This document shows, piece by piece, positions 59,887-64,000 of a stretch of 64,000 nt of DNA (position 1 is its first letter; every line of letters starts with the position of its first letter). The DNA lies in assembly GCF_000281045.1 (NCBI RefSeq), contig NW_008246070.1, forward strand, positions 149,543 through 213,542. The letters are read 5' to 3'. The notes beneath the pieces are model-generated. The model worked only from the letters and a program-made list of their open reading frames with translations, did no database searches and was not told the DNA's origin. This DNA is from Saprolegnia diclina VS20 (lineage: Eukaryota). The position numbers and the translations under genes were made by a program.

Positions 59887-60435
59887 ATGCTCACACCGGC
59901 AACGACACCGCGCGACGACCCGTCCAAGAAGCGGCGGCGGCCCGAGACGACATCGACGACGACCAACGCCGTGCCAGGCCAGGGCCCGTGGACCAACGAC
60001 GAGCACGAGCGCTTCCTCCTCGGCATTCGCCTGTTTTCCGAAGGACCTTGGAAGGCGGTGGCCGAGTTTGTGCAGACGCGCAACGCCAAGCAGACGCAGA
60101 CGCACATGCAAAAGTGCAAGGAGAAGATGCTGCGAAAGCTGCGGACGATGGACATCAACGTCGACGACGTCTCGGCCGAGTACGACGCGTCCAAGGCCAT
60201 GGGCACCATCAAGACGTTCAAGCAGCTGCACTACAAGCAGTGCGAGGACGCCAAGCTGCCGGACGTGCACCCAATTCCGTTCGACCCGACAAAGACGCCG
60301 ACGACCGACGACGCCATGGAGCTGCACGTCTTTGCGTCGATCGCGAGCATGATGAACTTCGACGAGTGTCTCGACTTCTTCCTCGACGACATGGCCCCGA
60401 CGCTCCTCGGCGACGACGACGACGATGCGTACTAG
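59887..60435 (+). CDS. Single-repeat Myb (SHAQKY-class) transcription factor
   Basis: GPWTNDEHERFLLGI...WKAVAEFVQTRNAKQTQTHMQK. Confidence 0.88.
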   Translation: MLTPATTPRDDPSKKRRRPETTSTTTNAVPGQGPWTNDEHERFLLGIRLFSEGPWKAVAEFVQTRNAKQTQTHMQKCKEKMLRKLRTMDINVDDVSAEYDASKAMGTIKTFKQLHYKQCEDAKLPDVHPIPFDPTKTPTTDDAMELHVFASIASMMNFDECLDFFLDDMAPTLLGDDDDDAY

Positions 60436-60847
60436 CCCCGGACTTGTTTAATTTAATCCTCCTTTGCATGACTCGGTTGTCTCTTGCTCACGAGTACCAG
60501 CATGATGATCAACCACGGAGGCCTTTCCCTCCGTCGCCTAGTACGGTACGCCTCTTGTATTGAAGACGGTGCGGGTCGTGCCGACAGGCGACGAACCATG
60601 GAAGCACAACGAGCGAAGGAGAAGTCGACGGAGAAGATCGCGCGCTTCAACGAGACGGCAACGGGACAGGCGGCGTCTGGTCCTGACCCATATGAAAATT
60701 TGGAGATTGCGCGCCAAGGCCACGCCAAAGATCCACCACATACAGGCGGCGGGTACTACGACGGCAGCTGATCGTCGTCGTTTCCACTGCACCGATAACT
60801 CAAATTCAAGCACGATGCTTTGAGGCAGTGCTTGCTAGCATATACGC

Positions 60848-61841
60848 TCAAGGCGTCGTCGACGGTCGCAGCGCTCGCCATGCAAACGCGCGCGGTTGGC
60901 ACAGCCGGAGCGGGCGGACGCTCTCGAGCGCAGCGCGCACGCGGGCTTTGGAGGCTCGGATGGTTTGCGTCGCTGGGATCTATCGCAACGTCAGCCAAAC
61001 GCCCGTCGTGGGTGCTGATCCGCGCGCTACATACCTCGGGCGACGCTGTTTTGAGTAGCCCGCACGCTAGCAACGCCACCGCAATGTCTTGCGGGAGTAT
61101 GGACGTCCGGTCGGTAAGGTATGCAATGGATACCACCCCCGACGTCGCCGCGAGTTCTCGCAGGACGCAATGCTTCCAGTATTCCACATACGCGGCCTGG
61201 CCAAGGGCTGAGAGGGGTCGCTCGGGCGTCCCAAGTTGGCCATCATGCGCCGAGATGGCGTACGAGATGGAGATTAGGAGCGAGCCGTACCCGTGCCGCT
61301 GGTATGGCGGGAGCACGACGATGCACGAGAGGTTGTAGCCCTCGGGTGACATCTTCTCCTTGGAAAAGTACCCGACGATGTGACTTCCATCGTCGTCGAC
61401 GCGGCAGAGCACGTAGAAGCGGAAGCGCGTGACGTCGTAGTAGAGCGTCTTTTGGTCCATGAAGAGCTTGGCGAGGAGGCAGAGGTTCTGCGCGTACGTC
61501 GTCTCGAGCTTCCCGTCCACGTCGTAGAGAGCAAGACGGTCGACCTTCTCGTAGTAGACGCGGGGCCCGGGTGGCTTCCTGAGCGCGCACTCGGTCCGCT
61601 TGTGGTGCTGCAAAAACCGCTTGGAGCTCGTGTACCCGAGGCAGCGTTCGCATAGGTAGAGCGTCCCATCCGGGTACGCGCTCGCGGGGTATGGACTCGG
61701 ATACCACGTGTCGATGACGAAGCGCCCGAGCTCGATGCGAGGGACTCGGCGCATGAGCGCTGCGCTCTCGAGGTCCATGCGCCGCAAGCAGTCGTCGTCG
61801 TCGCGGGTCTCGATGGATCGCTTGCGCTTCCTCGGGGGCAT
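60848..61841 (-). CDS. MYST-family histone acetyltransferase, minimal catalytic form; start could be 61898
   Basis: TWYPSPYP, C2HC finger, QNLCLLAKLF, VGYFSKEK, NLSCI, QRHGYG and GTPERPLSALG; a 55-nt intron near the 3' end gives the terminus AWRALRPSTTP*. Confidence 0.9.
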
Positions 61842-62579
61842 GGCCGCGTCGAGGGCGCGCTTCCCCGGGCAGGTCGTGATGGAGCGTCGCCGTAGCATCT
61901 TCGTCCTCTTCCTTCGTCTTCCTTGCGCTTCCTCCTTCCTCTTCCTCGCGCCGCTGCCCAAGATGAGCGCTTCCAACTCGAGCGCGCATTTTTAATCCGC
62001 CAACCCACATATTATTTTACATATCGTCGTATCCCATACATATACAAAGCCTGCATTATTCTTTTGTATTTAAATATAATAGAATGACCCCCCGAACGTG
62101 GCTGCGTGCTGGAACGTTCGTCGAGTATTATTTTAGTCGAGGATGCTCATTATTTTATTGTATATATTAAATTCCCCATTAGTACACTCTGTTATTGTAT
62201 TCACGACAGGCGTGGAAATAAAATATGAATTAAAATAGACCGCTAATCAGCCTGCTGCCTGTGATTGGTGGCATTCACTGAAGACCATCCGTGGGGCTGC
62301 CAGCGCATGGCACAGCTCAAGACCCCAGGACAGGCCCAGCGACGAGCGCCGGCCAAGGAGGACGCTTGCCCGTGTACCCGAGACCGTAGGTATTTGGCTG
62401 GCGCCAACGGTACAGTGCATCGATGCGGCTACTCGGCGGATGCCAAGGCGCGCTACAGTAGTGGTGGGCAGCGCAGAAGCGACGGTCGAAAAGACACTGA
62501 GCGTGGGACGTCATCATACAGTATCCAGCGCCACATACACGGCGGAGAAAGGGTCCATCGAGGATGATTAGTATCTGTA

Positions 62580-64000
62580 CTAGACTTGCGCAAGCGTACG
62601 CAGGTGCTCGAACGTGTACAGCGACGACGAGTGGCCATCGCTCCACACAACAGCGAACGCGTAGTTGCCCTTGCGCTGGACGGCGGTGGGTCGAATGTCG
62701 TCCGGGATCGCTTCCGGGTCGAGGAGCTAAAGCGACCATCAGACAAGGCGTTGCATGCGGTGGGACGTACGGGCTTGCCAGTGAACTCTTCAATGCACGC
62801 TGCGCACCGACACCTACAGCGAGATGTAGCCTGCGCGTTCCTGAAAATACAACGTACTGCGCACGCAGCTCGACGGGCGGCAAGACGACCTCGTGGGCAC
62901 TCTCGCTCGTGTAGAAGCGGAGCACAATACCGCGCTTGGCGTCGTACAAGAGTTCGGGTGCGAGCTTGGCGAGGTGCTTGAGCTTCACGCACTCCTCCGC
63001 GACCTAGCGTCACGATTGAGTTCTCCTGTCAACCTTCGTAAAGCTCTACCGTGATCGCGAGCGACTCGAACGTTGCCGAGACCTCGGGCAACGCGTCGGT
63101 GAGCACGAGCGGCCTAGTAGAGAGTGAGAACACTCGGCTTTGTCGACATGAGGAGGACCGTCCAGCGTCAGCACTGTCGCTCGTGGACTCGGCCATCGGG
63201 AACTGAAACGTGTGCTGAATGTCAAACGACTGCTGCAGCTGCTTGAGGTGCCCGTGCCCTACGCGCCGCTGAGGACAGGATCGCCATCAAGGTGGATCTA
63301 CCGAACGGGTAGTGGCGGTGGCCGTGGGCGCAGTCAAAGTACGACATGTTCTCGACCACCGCGCTCGTCGGGATCTAAGTGCTGCATAAGACGCGGGCTA
63401 TGGAGCGCTGGCGTCGCACCTTGAGGTCCTCGAACATCGAAATGCCCTTCTCCACATCGACAAAGCTAAAGATTATCATCGAGCGATGGTCGAGTCGGCC
63501 GAGAATGGTACCTGAGCTTTTGCGGCGTCGTGACAATGACGGCCGTCGTGATGGCGGTTTGCTGCGCGAGGGACATGTGGATGTCGCCCGTGCCCGGCGG
63601 CATGTCGATGACCAAGTAGTCGAGTGCGCCCCACTCGGTGCCAAGGACGAGCTGGTCAATGACCTTGGACACCATCGCACCGCGCATGACGGCTGCACCT
63701 TTGCCTAATGATCTCGGCTGGATCACCTAGATGTTAAAGAGGAGGAGTACCGCCAGCGCCCGGCGCGGCCTTGCTATTGACAAACCCAAACGACATGCAC
63801 TCGACGCCATGGTATCGCACAGGCTCGACGAAGGATGGGTTGGTCTTGGACTTGCGAATCGCCCGGTCGTCCGGTGAGATCATGGTCGGCAAGCTCGGGC
63901 CGTACACGTCAGCGTCCAGGAGGCCCACACGCGCCCCGCGCTTCTGAAGCCTACACCACCTTAGCGACCAACACGTGTAATGAATGTTGCGTACGCAAAG
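62580..64000 (-). CDS. HCF101: Mrp/NBP35 P-loop Fe-S scaffold with C-terminal DUF971/GBBH-N domain (HCF101-like), 5' part outside the window
   Basis: GLLDADVYGPSLP, MRGAMVSK, DYLVIDMPPGTGD, VTTPQ, VENM, then CRCAAC...GNYAFAVVWSDGH. Confidence 0.85.

Noticed and set aside
60484..60771. Small + strand ORF between the Myb and MYST genes
   Set aside because: Short, no recognisable domain, and probably UTR or intergenic sequence.
60756..60847. ORF-track C-terminal extension of the MYST protein
   Set aside because: A 55-nt GT-AG intron with a CTGAC branch-like site gives a more MYST-like end at 60848.
62265..62570. Stop-free stretch after an AT-rich island as a retrotransposon gag relic
   Set aside because: Only a weak IRGAASAW resemblance, with no LTR, zinc knuckle or pol motifs.
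1..64000. tRNA, rRNA, CRISPR array or intact transposase/reverse transcriptase
   Set aside because: None was recognised by eye; a covariance-model scan would be needed to exclude small RNAs.

Overview
Gene-dense, GC-rich eukaryotic DNA with very short (about 36-55 nt) GT-AG introns, CCAAT boxes and CTCATTY initiator-like motifs. These features and the gene content fit an oomycete, probably Saprolegnia-like (inference). About 33 protein genes were reconstructed by hand-splicing the ORFs. Most are housekeeping: DAK, PSMD9, kinesin, NCoR/POWERDRESS-like, HslU, MZT1, RAD50, three tandem MATEs, a SWIB protein, purple acid phosphatase, Myb, MYST HAT and HCF101-like. I found no rRNA, tRNA, CRISPR array or intact transposon. 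Best leads: (1) a 692-aa membrane protein whose topology and C-terminus resemble the 7TM ion-channel (insect GR/OR, GRL, DUF3537) superfamily, with a large inserted loop domain; (2) a BAG + HSP20 fusion gene in two near-identical copies 24.5 kb apart, with homology running from a heat-shock-type promoter to the stop codon and bracketing two ABHD paralogues; (3) an intronless bacterial-type rmlB whose stop codon overlaps that of its convergent neighbour; (4) intact pseudoenzymes (Prx6 with Cys to Trp, M50B with HExxH to HELLR); (5) an FHA-WDR70 fusion. All family calls rest on recalled motifs, not database searches, and exon boundaries are manual predictions.
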